From: Octopus sinensis
Lineage: Eukaryota
Assembly (NCBI RefSeq): GCF_006345805.1
Contig: NC_043000.1
Span: 50,468,001-50,532,000 of the forward strand
Length of the DNA stretch: 64,000 bases
Direction of reading: 5' to 3'
Position 1 is the stretch's first letter. Every line of letters starts with the position of its first letter. The notes below the pieces were generated by a model. It made no database searches and had not been told where the DNA came from. It saw nothing but the letters and a program-made list of their open reading frames with translations. The position numbers and the translations under genes are program-made. Shown one piece after another: positions 25,051 through 39,435 of this stretch.

Positions 25051-26251
25051 ATTTGTGTCTAGCATTACATGTACATTATTTGTATATTAAAAATACACTA
25101 TACCCACTCAGTGCTAGATAGAAATGAACTTGGCATTACATTCAAATAAGTTACGCAAGGTGATATATTTTATTGAGAGTACAAAATATCTGTCTCTTGC
25201 AACATATAAAATAATTTACAAAGAAATAGAATTGAATTAAAAGAATTCCAGTTTGGGATATTGAACTGGTAAAAGATATCCAAATAGAATTTCCCATACA
25301 ATTATATTTAAAAATGAATTTATAATATGAAAAACTGATAAGTGTAATTTAAAGAAGGAAATTGTTACATATGGATAGAATATTCATGAAATGATTAGGT
25401 TTATGTAAAAGAATATTAAAAGATTTGTAGTTTAGTAAAAAAAAAAAGACTTAAAGCTTAGGTCATAATCAGCTTAGTTTTAGAAATATTCAGTATTTTA
25501 TGGCAAAAGCCTTGGGTATATAAAGGTTAAATCATTTAAATGTTAACCAAATAGCGGTGAAAATTGAGTGAAAAAATACTTGCTGAAATAACTTGGACTT
25601 GGGAATTCATTTCCAAATTTCAACATAGAGCACTAAAGATGATAGTGCTCCACATAGAATCTAATAAAAATGTAAGGGGAAAATGTGAATCATGAAAGGT
25701 ACGCTAGTTTTCAAGTTTAGCATTTTAAAGGGATATTTAGAATGTATGATCATAAATGACTGGAAGAGAAGAGTGCAATATAATTGAAATCTTACATTGT
25801 TTTTTTATAAAAAAAATACCTGTAAAAGGCTTGAGTTTTTTAATATCTACTCTGTTAAGTTTTAGTTTCAATGTTACCTGGCTTTCTAGAAGACATCATG
25901 TTTTATATTTCCTCATGCAAAATAAGCTGGGGAAAAGTTTATATAATGAAATTTCAAAAAGAGTATCAAAAACAAAAGAAGCCAGAATATTTATGAATAA
26001 TTTTAGAATTTGAGAAGAGTGGTTTATGTAAATACTAAAAGCAAAATGTGAGCAACGTTATGTTGCCTACTACTATATTTTATATACATCCTGCTACTGT
26101 ACACACACTCCTATTCTTCTGGACTAACAAATGAGAGAAGGCACACTCAATACATAAAACTGGTGACACTGTTGATATCACAAAAAAGATTACATCAACC
26201 AAGAAATTTTGAAAAGAACTAATAAAATCAATCAACAAGCTGCCTAATATG

Positions 26252-26282
<31 letters not shown>

Positions 26283-26284
<2 letters not shown>

Positions 26285-26740
26285 TGTTGTTGGCATCCTT
26301 TTTGTCTCGGGAGACAATGGAGTTGTGCATAGAATAATCTAGTCCGGCTTTTACATTTCATGTCCTAATACATCTCCTGCTGTGGCTGTTTAGTCCTATC
26401 CTGGACAAACACTCCCTCTGGCAGGTGCTGCAAATGAGCAAACACTTTTCCTGGCTGGTTGTAATGTCATAGTTTCTTGTTGACATCTTTTCTTGTCTTT
26501 CCATTTCCTCTCTCTCTCTGTGTCACTCCTTTGTGTTCCCTCTTTTACAGTATGTCACCAATCTCCATGGTTGCTGGCAACTGCTTCCCAGTTGCTAATA
26601 TTGATGTTGCAGGCCTTCATGTCCCTTTTGCAAACATCCTTGTATCGTAAGAACGGTCTTCCCAAAGACCTAGTGCCCCTAGCAAGCTCTCCATAGAGTA
26701 TGTCCTTGGGGATTCTGCCATCTTCCATATGGCTAACATA
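26283..26740 (-). mobile_element. RTE-clade (BovB-like) LINE 3' fragment
   Basis: Minus strand encodes SHMEDGRIPKDILYGELARGTRSLGRPFLRYKDVCKRDMKACNINISNWEAVA and, after a frameshift, ICSTCQRECLSRIGLNSHSRRC. A short 3' UTR ending ...GGATGCCAACAACA follows, and both flanks are (TA)n. Confidence 0.85.
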
Positions 26741-26979
26741 AATATATATATATATCATTGCTATTATGCAAAAGTGTCAGAAAATGAGAACATAGTTTCA
26801 CTGTTCCTTAGCAAAACCATTGTACTACACTTTGACAATTTTTGATATCTTGGCATTGGAAGCAGCTGGAGATACAATAGTTTGACCAAAAGAACCGGCT
26901 ATTGCAAGCAAAAATAAATATTAAAAGAAATACTTTTAGCCAAATTTTGAACCTACATCAGTTTAACATTATAGCAACG

Positions 26980-27280
<301 letters not shown>

Positions 27281-27533
27281 TGGTTCAGTCCCCTGTGTGG
27301 CACCTTGGGCAAGTGACTTCTTCTACAGCCTCGGGCCAACCAAAGCCTCGTGAGTGAATTTGATAGACAGAAATGGAAAGAAGCCCATTGTATATATATA
27401 TGTGTGTGTGTTTGTCCCCCACATTGCATGACAACCGATGTTGGTGTGTTTACATCCCCGTAACTATGTGATTTGACAGAAGAGACCGTTAGAATGAGTA
27501 CTAGGCTTACAAAGAATAACTCCTGGGGTCGAT
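27281..27533 (+). mobile_element. Family A SINE, 5'-truncated
   Basis: GGTTCAGTCCC...GGCACCTTGGGCAAGTG (B-box-like plus CORE-like motif)...GGTGTGTTTACATCCCCGTAACT. Confidence 0.75.
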
Positions 27534-28776
27534 TATATATATAATACCTTTGTCAGTCCATTGTTACAATAGGATTCAAAATGTTTAGCTTTGAGATGAA
27601 ACATAACTCATCTGACATTGGATAACATATGACTGTCTGTACCACATTAACTGTTGTGATTCCTCATTGAGCACAAGGGAGGAGACCTGTATATTTTGAT
27701 GCATTCAAATCTTTAGATTCTGGTACTGTGTGTCTTTAAACTCAATGTAAGCAATTTAGAACTCATTACTAGAGTTTCCTTCTGAATTGCAATTTCATTT
27801 CACCATCTCAGGATGTAAAATGTATTAGTAGAAAATAATAAAAATGTATAATAATATGACCAAGGAGGGAAAAGTAGATTATAGATATTGAGACAATGTC
27901 ATATATGTGATTTTGTGGTCTAAAGCTTAATGACATTTGATAAACTGTAACCAAAGAACAATAAATTCAAATAGTTCAAAATATAAGAGATCTTGTCAGT
28001 CAAACTTCTCTTCCATTAAAATTGTTGATTTTCATACATCCTAACAGTCAACAAACTCCTTGTTTCAGAGGTAGGCATAATTAATGAAATGTAATGCATT
28101 AATGGAAACAGCAAAGAGTAACCACAAATTTTCCTCAAACCTAAATTAAGTATAAAGAATTCAATTTTCCTTGTTGGAAATAAAATTAAGAACAATCATG
28201 TCCAGTCGTATATTTGTATATTTTTAAAATGTCCAACAGCATATGGAGACCAGCCAAAACTTACTGTTTTGAATAGATTGAAAATTAAATTGACCTTCGA
28301 TAAAAGAAGAGTATATCATGTGTTACATAATATATATTTGTTGATAAATTTACTGTCTGTTAAATTTTGAATAATTAACTGCATTATTTTTAAACAAACT
28401 TTATAAAGCTTAAGTTTATTCTGTTTTTCATGTATACAAACCTGTTCTTTGAAGAATTTTGTTCTTTCACAAGTTCAATTTTTAAAGAATTATCATATTT
28501 CAAATAAATAATATACTAGAAAAGACTTTGAATAGTATGTAAAAATAATATATATAGGCACAAGCACTCAGAATATATATGGGAACATATATATGCTCAC
28601 CCCCACCACACACACACAGTCACAAATAATATGCAACTGTTAGTTGGTGTACTTATACGTACATGTATATAATTGTTGATTGTTGCATTTAATATCATTT
28701 CACAATGGAAATAACTAATGAGACTTTTCTGCCACATAGTTAATACTTTTGATCAGAATAGAATAATAGCAGCCAA

Positions 28777-28809
<33 letters not shown>

Positions 28810-29819
28810 TAGATATACACATATATATAATGTACACACACACATACACACACAAATGCCATTCATCAAGAAAATACAAAACAGGAATTACTTTGATTCA
28901 TTAGACAACTATTGAAAATGCTCACCTTTTAAAAGAATTTTATTTCAAATGATATGTTTCCTTAGTAAAAATTCCCCATGAATTAGTCTTTAATGAGAAA
29001 GATGTTTATAAATTTATTGAACATGATCATTGACGGGAATAGAGAAATAAGAAAATGTCGAAAGAAGTAATAATAGTAGAAGGTAGCCAACTAAAATCAT
29101 TGTTCGTAAGTAAAAAGAGAATGATGAAACAATTGAGTCAATTGCTAACACAGTTATTGTCATTTTGTTTATTATATTGAACAGACACTAGTGAAAGTGT
29201 TCATACCTAAAATGATTTTTGAAAGATGTTGTAATTGTGAATGAATATTTTCTAAATAGCTTTTCTGCTATTTAAAAGTTGAGCTAATTTAGAATTCTTT
29301 AATAGTTTATTTTTAAAGAGAAGAAAATACACATATTGTTTGAATCACTGAAATTTATTATCATTATTTCATTTTTTTTGTCATATAGAATAAAAGTAAT
29401 TTATTTTGTTTCATACTTCTTTGAGTTTAGATTTTAAAATATTGGGTGCTGTTAGAGTTCAAATTATAAGTTAAATTTTCAAACCCAAAGAGAATAAAAA
29501 CTAGAAAAACATACTTAATTCAACTTTAGTTTGTATGTCAATATTGCTTTAATAAAAACAAAGTTAGATACCATTCTTAGTATGATTTCAGTTTCTTTAA
29601 GTAAAAGAATATTTCAGTTATCACTGCTCTTATTTAATATTATCCAATTTTGTTTTTGTTTGGAAAATACCAGCCTTTTCTGGACCCTCTTTATTAGTTC
29701 TGTAAAATATTAGGAAATATTAGAAATGTTTTGGATGCTAAATCATGGTTATATGTAACGTTGAGGTTAAAGCAGGATGTTTTTATACAGTTTAAATAGC
29801 ATATTGTTAATGTCTATTC

Positions 29820-30603
29820 TTCTACACCCAATCTATACTTTTCAAGCCTTCTCCACAAGTTTTCTCTGTACAACCATTGCCTCTTTCACTTTTCTAACTA
29901 TGACACTATTTCCTCAGCTGCTGTAATCCTATGAGAACAGAACTGCACATATTCCATCCCACATTTTGTGCTACCAGTTATCCCAGTCTCTAGAACCACT
30001 TCCCTTGCCACCCACCCTGCACTCCCATCACCATCTCTTATCGCCACTTATTCCACTGAATGCTCCTTTTCTTGTTATTGATGCCCCTCCTTGTTTTGTC
30101 ACTCATTGTATCCGGCCTTATATACCTTTGTCTTTGTCATTGTTCATTTTCTCTCTCTCTCACATTTCTCCCTACTTCTCATCTATTTATGGTTTTATGA
30201 TACTGTTGCTCTCCACCTCCCCCTTTCATGTATTGCTACCTGTCACCTCTTCTTTCCTGACCTTCTATTATTTTCTTTTACCTATCCCTAAACTGAGATT
30301 CTGTATTAATCTCTCTGACACCCTGCATTGACAATTTCAGCAATCTTTCTCAATACTGCATCTCTACTCTATCAAGGAATCTTGTCTTGCAATTTACTTG
30401 GTGATCACATGAATAATGGTGCCATGAACAAAAGCACCCGGTACAGTCTGTACAGTGATTGCATTAGAAAGGGCATCAAGCCATAAAAACCATACCAGAG
30501 CAGATTTTGGAACCCAACAGTCCTCTGGCTCATCAGATCCTATTAAATTATCCAACCATACTAATACAGACTATAGAAACTAAATGATGATGATGATGAT
30601 GAT
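29820..30603 (+). mobile_element. Pyrimidine-rich tract plus decayed family B 3' end
   Basis: Strongly C/T-skewed 29820-30330, then GCATTAGAAAGGGCATCAAGCCATAAAAACC...(GAT)n. Confidence 0.5.
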
Positions 30604-33600
30604 GTTTCATCCCTTTGCATTCAAGTAATCAGCTATCGTTTCACACCAATGCCATGTTGGTGATACAATAAAAATTTAAAGTTCTGTTTTATTTTTAAAA
30701 TATCAGTACACCAATGCATGAAATTAGTTTGTAAAAGGAAGAATTAATATGATATTGTTATATGGATGCAATGGCATAGCTATTAGGTAATTAGTTTTAA
30801 ATGCTTTCATGGTTTGATGTTCTGCAGTAAAATATTTTTAGTAAAAATATATATTTATTTTCTTACTTTGTTTTTGCATTATAAACTATAGCTCATATTC
30901 TACTTAGCATAACAGATATCATTTACATTGCATCCAGAAATTAGGCCTTCAAAATTATGCAACTTATTTTACATATCAGGTAGTGTTAATGTTATATTAA
31001 TTCTCATCAGCTATCACAGTTCATAAAAGTTGTAATTAAATGTATACTTATTGTAATATATGCCTAGCATGTATTCTCTGCATTAGATTGGTCAAATAGC
31101 ATTTGTATAATCAATGAAATGCTGCAATTGGTGAGATAGTTTAGTTATATTGCAATTTATATCACTGTATCCAAATTTATTATGAAACCAAATACTTTAA
31201 TCAGTAAAATTCCTAAATTGGAATGAATTTGTGTGCCATGAAGAGATGTAAATCCTTGAAATTTTCTCTTTTGATGAAGTGCTTTGATCAAAGCATTCAG
31301 AATTTTGTTTCTTCAATTGGATACAATGTATTCATATTACATAAATTCGCTAAATGATGTTTGCCAACATAGACTGCCACTAATGTCTTCAGGTCTTTGT
31401 CTTTAGTTTCTGTTTATTAGTAAATTCAAGATGGAGTTTTAAATGACAGTTATTTCTATGCTCCAGATTAATAATGTAATGATTTTGATGAACGAATGTA
31501 GAGATGCTGTGCTAGTGTATACACTTCTGTATTTTATATGTTATTGCATAATGGAATTATTGGTGACTAATGTTTATACTTTTTTCTATTAAACATTCCT
31601 TATATTTTGACAGAACTAGCCAGAGTTATTACCTAATTTTTTGAACAAAATTATAAAATTATTATTTTACAAAGAATAACTGTTGGCTGAATAAATTTGT
31701 TACAGAAATGTTAATAAATTTACTAAGAATTCTTAAATGCTATTTTAAACAAAAACCATGAAATGAACACAAAGTACAAAGTAACTCAAATATACCAGGA
31801 ATATTTCAGGGATATTGTAAATTTTCATGTGACGAATCTGATAGTATGCTATTCACTGTTTGAGAAGCAAATTATTGATCATGATGTTGTTTGATGCTGA
31901 TTGCGCAGAAGCTTTGTGTGGGATGACTCCCAGTGTGTTTAATGCTTGGTCTTTTCTGTCTAATTACTATTGCCAACCAAATGTAAATAGGCAATTAGAA
32001 CATACAATAATTAGAAATCACACTACTGGGAGATAATTTTGTAGTTAATAACTTGACTTCATTTACATTGAAATTAGCCAACTAGTCTTGAAAATGCTAC
32101 TTGAATGTAACCTGTCTTAGATCCCCATATACACATTTTCACACAAGCAAATCAATGGCTAACAACTTTTCTTTAAGAAATGTTTCATTAAAAATAAAAC
32201 TAAGTGGAAATTATATTTATTGATTTTTTTTTAACTGTTAACTCTTATGAATAACCTTGCTTAAAGTTGGAATGATAATTTCCCAAGATTCAAGTAATGC
32301 TCTTTTTTTTTTCCAAATTTGCTTTATGACATCTTCATCATTATCATAACTACTTCATTTGTTTGACAGTTATAGATGTGAAAGTCTGTACTGGTTTCAT
32401 TGTTACATTTAGATACACTGCAAAGAATTAAAAAAAGTTTTTATTTTAAAATTCTACCTTCTTTCGTGCTTATATTACATACTATTAAACTGTGTTATTT
32501 GACGAGTTAGAATTTACTATTTATAGAATATCATTCCCCTTCAAATAAATACACTCTTTACATTTCACTCAAGATCCAGTGTCTGTATCCACTCAATTTC
32601 TCAGCTGAAGATCCTTAAACTCAACTGATTTGAAAAAGTTAGAGCTGCCACTTGTTTCTTCGGTTAACCTTTTTCTCTCAGCTTTGCCATAAGAACTGTC
32701 TCTTTCAGGCATAATGTTTAAGAAAACTTGCCCCGGGTTAAGGCTGGTATGATAAATATCTCAACCAGATGATTAGCTAAGATCAAAAGCTGCTTATCTC
32801 TATTATCTGCTGCATTTCTATTTAAGGTTTGTTTGATTACTTTTTGTAGTAAGTAGAATGAAAAGAAATATGTTATTTTCTGCAAGTATTGTTTATTTCA
32901 TTTTAACTTCAATACTATTATAAGACAGAAAATCATAAGTCAAGAAACAGAATTCTGCTATTTTGACTATTCTGTATGTTATCACTCTCAAACGAATGAT
33001 AAGTGCTGGACATGTTGCAAATATTTTAAAGAAACAGACTACTGTAGTTTTCCTGAAGCAGGCTAGATGATCACTCAAGATTTAGCTATTGATGTATCAA
33101 TAGATATATCCATCATGTTTTTTTTACTTTCATTTTAAATCTTGTATTTTGGGAGTGATATTTTCAGGTTGCTAATCACTGCTTCAGTGCATTTCCAATA
33201 ACAAGAGTGACAAGGGAATATCTGTGTCAACTCAGGCAAAATAAATGCTTGAAGGTACTTTTGTTTGGATACACTGATTTATCAGCTTTCTCATGGACTT
33301 CTTTCTCTGATATACCTTGGCAAAAATATACCTTAAAGCTGATATTAAAAGGACATTTCTGCTATTTTGCGCATGGATAAAATAAATAAATATATGATAA
33401 ATAAAGAACAATTACAAAGTGAGTCCTGAAATGCTTCGGCATTTAGAGGCAAGCACAATAAGAACAATTAATGTAATTAAGCTGCATAAAAAAAAATAAA
33501 TGTCTCCCTCTCTATAGGAAGGTAACAAAAAATACAAACGTGAAGTTAGCAAACACTTAAAATGAATGAAATAAGAGAGTGAAAAACAAAGTGCAACATC

Positions 33601-34044
33601 AAATAAAATGAAAATGTAATTTAAAATATAATAAATGTGAAATAATCAACACCTGATTTGAAGGTACCCAATTCTCACAAAGATAATATATGGACAGATA
33701 ATACTAGTTAGTTAACTATATCTATTAAACACTGCAGATATTCCCACATAAAGCTGTGCACAAGTGATATAAGCTCACAAGAAATACATTTGACAATGAA
33801 GAGTGGGAGAAAAAATTAGTGTTGCTAAGTGAGCCTATTTTAAATTTGTGGCTTCAGGTTGATAGCAAGAACTGAGAGAAGGCACTTTTCTTTGGTTTGG
33901 GATTTTGTGTATAGGGTGTCTCAGTGAAACCATTTCCCTTCAAGAAGTGAAGTGAAAGTAGCAGGTGCTTGATCTGGCCATATATATTCTAGGACAAAGC
34001 AAAATGATCAGGTGGTAGTTTACCAACAAAATAATCCTTATGAT

Positions 34045-34302
34045 CATCATTATCGTCATCAATTAATGTCTGTTAGCCATTACTAACATGGGTTGGACAG
34101 TTTGACTGAAAACTGGTAATCTGGGAAGCTGTACAAGGTTCCAATCTGATTTGGCATGGTTTCCACAGCTGGATGTCCTTCCTGATGCTAACCACTCCAA
34201 GAGTGTAATGGGTGCTTTTTACGTGCCACTGGCACAAGTGCCATTTACTAGACACCTGCATTAGTCACAGCTACGATCTCATTTGGCTTGACAGGTCTTT
34301 TG
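34045..34302 (-). mobile_element. Family B repeat joined to the RTE ORF stop region
   Basis: (ATC)n-like tail on the left. 34276-34301 matches 41499-41524 (the RTE ...EKTHQAK* end) at 20/26 positions. Confidence 0.7.
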
Positions 34303-34359
34303 TACTGATGTTTTGGGTTGACAACAACAGCAACAACAATGACAACAACAATAATAATC

Positions 34360-34545
34360 TTTTCTACTCTAGGCACAAAGCAGGAAATTTTGTGGGAGAG
34401 GGTTAGTCGATTTTATTGACCTTAGTACATGACTGGTATTTATTTTATTAGCCCTGAAAGGATGAAAAGCAATGTCAGTCTCAGTAGAATTTGAAATCAG
34501 GCTGTAAAGACAGATGAAATGCTACTAAGCATTTTGTCCAGTAGG
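34360..34545 (-). mobile_element. SINE family C
   Basis: CCTGAAAGGATGAAAAG...AGAATTTGAAATCAG...CTAAGCATTTTGTCCAG. Confidence 0.65.
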
Positions 34546-34849
34546 TGCTTTTTGAATGATGAAACATGATACAGATAAATACAAAATCAAACTCTCAGGA
34601 TTTATACAACACTGACAAACTAAAATTATTAGGCCCTACATGTGTATATTATATAATGTGCTTCCACTAAATTTGGAAAATTGCAAATCAGATACAGCAT
34701 TGTACCAAAGGCTCATAGTGATGCACTCATTTGTGCTGTGAAAGTATGACTATTGGAATAAAAATAATAGTAAAACATTTAAAAAAATAGTAATAGTTGC
34801 TTTTAATTATAGGCATAAGACCTGTTGAGTCAAGTGAAGTCATTTTTGT

Positions 34850-35272
34850 GACCGATGCCAGTACTGCCTGATTGGCACCCATGCCAGTAGCATGTAAAAA
34901 GCACCATTCGAGCGTGGTTGATACCAGTGCCACGTGACTGGTCCTGTGTTGGTGGCATGTAAAAGGCACCATTTGAGTGTGGTTGTTGCCAGTGCTGCCT
35001 GACTGGCTCCTGTGCCAGTAGCATGTAAAAAGCACCATTCAAACGTAGTCGATGTCAGAACCACCTGACTTGCTCTCGTGCTGGTGGCACGTAAAAAGCA
35101 CCCACTATACTCTCAGAGTAGTTGGTGTTAGGAAGGGTATCCACCTGTAGAAACTTTGCCAGATCAGATTGAAGCCTGGTGCAGCCTTCTGGCTTGTCAG
35201 CACTCAGTCAAACTGTTCAACCCATGCCAGCACAGAAAGTGGATGTTAAACGACGATTGTGATGATGATGAT
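34850..35272 (+). mobile_element. Family B repeat (RTE-3'-end-derived, (GAT)n tail) with four internal ~65-bp tandem units
   Basis: Units start at 34854, 34920, 34985 and 35051, each containing GGCAYGTAAAAAGCACC or a near match. They are followed by GTTGGTGTTAGGAAGGG...ATCAGATTGAAGCCTGG...GTTAAACGACGAT(GAT)n. Confidence 0.8.
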
Positions 35273-35299
35273 AAGGTATGTAATTTTGAGAAGAGAGGT

Positions 35300-35705
35300 T
35301 AAGTTGATACTATCAATCCCATTATTTGACTGGTACTTTATGGAACCTGAAAGGAAGTATGGGGAAAGTTGACTCTTGCCAACTCAGAATGTTTGAACTT
35401 AGAATGTTTGGGCCCATAACAAATACAACAAGGCATTTCTCATATTCTATAATGATACCATCCATCCACCATTCTAATAATGATAATAATAATGGTTTAA
35501 ATTTTTCCACAAGGGCAACAATTTTGGGGGCAGGAATGAGTTGATTACATCAACCCATGTGTCCAACTGGTACTTATTTTATCAACCCTGAAAGGATGAA
35601 AGGCAAAGTTGACCCTGGCAGCATTTGAACTCAGAGCGTAATGTCAGTTGAAATACTGCTAAGCATTTTGCCTAGCATGCTAGCGATTCTGCCAGCTCGC
35701 TGCCC
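35300..35705 (-). mobile_element. Two adjacent family C SINEs
   Basis: Two sets of CCTGAAAGGA...GTTGAC...GAACTCAGA blocks separated by an (AAT)n-like tract. Confidence 0.65.
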
Positions 35706-37144
35706 TTTGATAATAATAACAATAATGATAATGGTGGTGAGGAAGATTTCTTATATAGTCACATAATTTTCAAAGTGTTACCAAATACTTTTTCAAAAGT
35801 GAAAGTGTTAACTTTTCAGGATTGTCACAGAATATTTTTCAAAATTTCAACTGACATTTGTTGTTTCATATTTGTTTGGATAAAATATTCTCATCAGTGA
35901 CTGTCTAAAAGTAATTATTTAAAAATGACATAAGAGGCTGAAAAGATAAAAATGAAGTGTCTATCAGCCATTTTTTAAAACTTAAAATTTTGTATTTGTG
36001 TGTCATTTACTTCTTTGCCATATAACTTATGCAAGAGAGAATACTTTCTCAGTAAAAGATATTGGATATCTTGATAATTTTTATTTTACCTTTCAGTACT
36101 GTATAAAATGTGTATGTGTGATTAAAACATTGGTGTTGATTTTGATTGGTTATTCCCTTGGAATTATGGCTAAATAGACTTCGCATTTTTGATTAATTGA
36201 ATTACTTTTTGCTTTTTATTCCTTATATCTCTATTTCCTTTTATTATGTAATTTTTAATTTTGATATTGCATTGAAGTTGCAAATTGTATTTCTCATCAC
36301 TTTCTGCCAGAGAATATCCATTAATAATATATTTTAGCTAATTGACTGAAAAGAGAAGCATTTCATGTTAAATGCTATAAAAGATATAAAAAGCAAACAA
36401 GATCAATGTAAAATTTACATGCAAAGTTCAAGCTTTGTGTTAATAAGAATGATAAAGGGCAAGAAACTAACAAGAAGTGAAAACATTTACAGAACATTCT
36501 GAATACTTTTTTCTAGAAAATATGGCTAATTAGCTAATGTACACTAACATGAATAAATGTAGTGTACTGCAGAATGCTAAAGTATATAATAATATCAAGT
36601 TCAAATTGGAAACAAAGAACTATTGAAGCAAGGAAGTACTTCAACAAAATGGAGTGTGAATTATGTTTTATTATAGAATTTAGTAACTCAAATGAAAGGT
36701 TTGAAACTTTTAGTCATTTTGCCTAAAAATGATATTCCATGGGCTGTGAGAATACATTTTATTGTTATATAAAAAAAATATGGCCATAATTTTCTTATGA
36801 ATATCTGCAGCTTGTTAAAAACAAAAAGGCCACTAATGTTCAGTTATATCAAGTAATCCTGATTATAGTGTATGAAGAAACTTAATGTTGCATTACTTCA
36901 TGCAGTAAATGGTTGCATAAAAAACACCCTGGAATATTTTGTTTTTGTAATTATTTAGATGCACTGGAGTAGCTAATAGCATGTTCAGTCATAGTCTGTC
37001 ATTTACTTCTCTGACTGTTCTTTGTTGTTGTGGGTCATATTGTCTCAACTATTTTAAAATGTAGTTCTAATTTTAAGAATGATACATGTTAAGAGAGATT
37101 TGGATTCTATGTTAAGTAGTGAATTGTGAATAACCCAAGAATCA

Positions 37145-37335
37145 TCAGCATGCTGGGCAAAATGTTTAGTGGCATTTCATCAATCTTCATGTTCTGAGTT
37201 CCAATTCTACCAAGGTTGACTTTGCCTTTCATCCTTTTGGGGTCAGTAAAATGAGTACCAGTTGAATACTAAGGTTGATATAATTGACTTATCCTTTCCT
37301 CCAAAATTGCTGGCCTTGCACCAAAATTTGAAGTC
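37145..37335 (+). mobile_element. SINE family C
   Basis: CAGCATGCTGGGCAAAATGTTTAGTGGCATTTC...GTTCTGAGTTCCAATTC...CCAAAATTTGAAG. Confidence 0.7.
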
Positions 37336-39239
37336 TGTATTTATGTAGGCTTTAATCTACTAATAGATCTACTGACATCCACTGGCAGGTTGTAGAGGTA
37401 GTAATTTACAAGGGTATTTATAACAATGATAGCAGATAGTAATTGTAGCATCTTGAATAAATACTTCATTATAAACTGAGGTTTTCTATAATACAGTATT
37501 TGCATAAAACTATTATAGCATTCCCCAAACTCAGTAAAAGTATAAAGTTATATATGTTCATTTATACATATGTAGTTCTCTTTGATATATACTATACACT
37601 CCATGTACATTATATGTACGGGAAAACTACATATTATAAACTATATATGTACATCATTATCAAAGCAATATTACTTTCAATGTTTTAAATGTAATCGGGC
37701 AATATAAAAAAATTGAAGTGTAATTGTATCCCTCAGTAGGTCTTATAATATGAAAACAACCTAGCACTAATTCTGTCTGTAGACAGTTCTTAGTTTGTTA
37801 TATTTTATTAATGTTGTATATTAATGCTGGATTAGGATTTAAGGTAGACAAGTCAAAGCAGTTCATAGAAATATATCTTCCAGCATACAAGTCCACATAG
37901 TATAAACCTGTAGTGTAAACATTCAAACACCATCACTTTATTTCCATATCCTGCTGTATTTCACATGGAACTTTTTTTTTTTGGGTAAATTGACCTACCT
38001 TCTTTTGGTTTTTTGCTGTAAATTTTGTCTGAAAAAATTCCATTTGTATGCCAGAAAATATAGTTTTGATACATTTATTTGGGTGAAACATTTTTGTCAC
38101 ACCTACATTAGCTTTATTGGAGATCTTTCTTAAAGGAGCTGAGTCTCTAATATCTAGAAATTGCCTGTCAGTATGAGTATTCATTTAAGTAGAGTTAATT
38201 GTTAAGAGTTATGACCACAATTCATGTAAACTAATCTCATAACCTAGAAACTGATGGCCTTAGTTGAAAATTTACATTTATCATTTTTAAGTGTTATTAG
38301 ATTTTCAAGTAATTTTTAATTATTTAGATAAACCTTTATGTTCCTCATTGGTCTCACCTCATATGGTGATATAATTTAAATAGATGTAACTTCCCCTTGT
38401 TTTCATAAACAAGATTTCCTATAATTCATTGGAAACATGCAACACTGTTAAGAACATATACTTGCACTCATTAAACTGAGCCACTTGGCCTGATAATACA
38501 GTATTTGAGCTTACTGTTCGCCATTAATTGTATTAACTTGACCTCAGATTTTACAGATTTTGTAATTGCATATTTAAAATCTGGTGACTGATTACAAATA
38601 AAATCTGAACAAATCAGTCTTGGTAAGCTCCAAGTTTGGTAGTGGGGATACTAAATTTACATTTAACTAACGAAATGTTTGCCTGTTCAATTAAAAGAAA
38701 ACTGAGAATAATTTCTATTCAGGAGTCAGGTAATACATGGAAATTTTTCTGACCTGTAACAGTCGTCTCTTGTCTTTAATAGTAGCTCAAATTTTCTTCA
38801 TTTGTGTAGTCAAATTAGCTGAAGTCTTTAGAGACATTAGACTGCAACCTAAGGTTATGCACAGCTGATTAAGTGGTGAAAAGTTTTTAATTACTGATGT
38901 CAACAAGCCCTTTTAGAAAAGCATTGTGAATGGCTGGGCTAATGATAGCCTTTTTACAAATGTCACAGAGAGCTATTCTAACTTTTTCTTAAATTTGGAA
39001 CAAGTAGTATTACTTGATATGATCATAATGTAGAATATACTTGTAGAAATACCACCATTGACCAGGTTCACCATGGATTCTACCACCTACTCTTCTATAA
39101 GGGAGTGACCATGTAGCTCCTCTGCAGCAAGAAACCTGTTTTCTTGTGGCCCCTTCTTTCAAATCTTATCCTCTCATATCATAGCTTTAAGTTGACTTTC
39201 TCTCTCTAGTGTAACCTCACTCAGTTGAATGGAATCTTA

Positions 39240-39435
39240 GTCTTGAAAGTTGCATGGTGACTGCTCAGTAGTGCTGGTGTCATGAAAAAAAGAAAAGCAT
39301 TAGGAAGCAGCACCAAGCCAAAGTAACCATGTCAAAGCAGGCGCTGGAGTACGATGCAGTCCTTGGACATATTGAATCCTGTTAAACTATCTAACCTGTG
39401 CTAGCATGAAAGTTGAACATTAAGTGATGATGTTG
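39240..39435 (+). mobile_element. Family B repeat (decayed)
   Basis: GTGCTGGTGTCATGAAAAAAAGAAAAGCA...AAACTATCTAACCTGTGCTAGCATGAAA. Confidence 0.45.

Noticed and set aside
32770-32800. GCTAAGATCAA match to U2 snRNA
   Set aside because: Only 11 nt match and the flanks do not follow U2.
34854-35110. CRISPR-like appearance (recurrent GTAAAAAGCACC with intervening sequence)
   Set aside because: The intervening sequences are homologous to each other, the array is inside a dispersed eukaryotic retroposon, and there are no cas genes.
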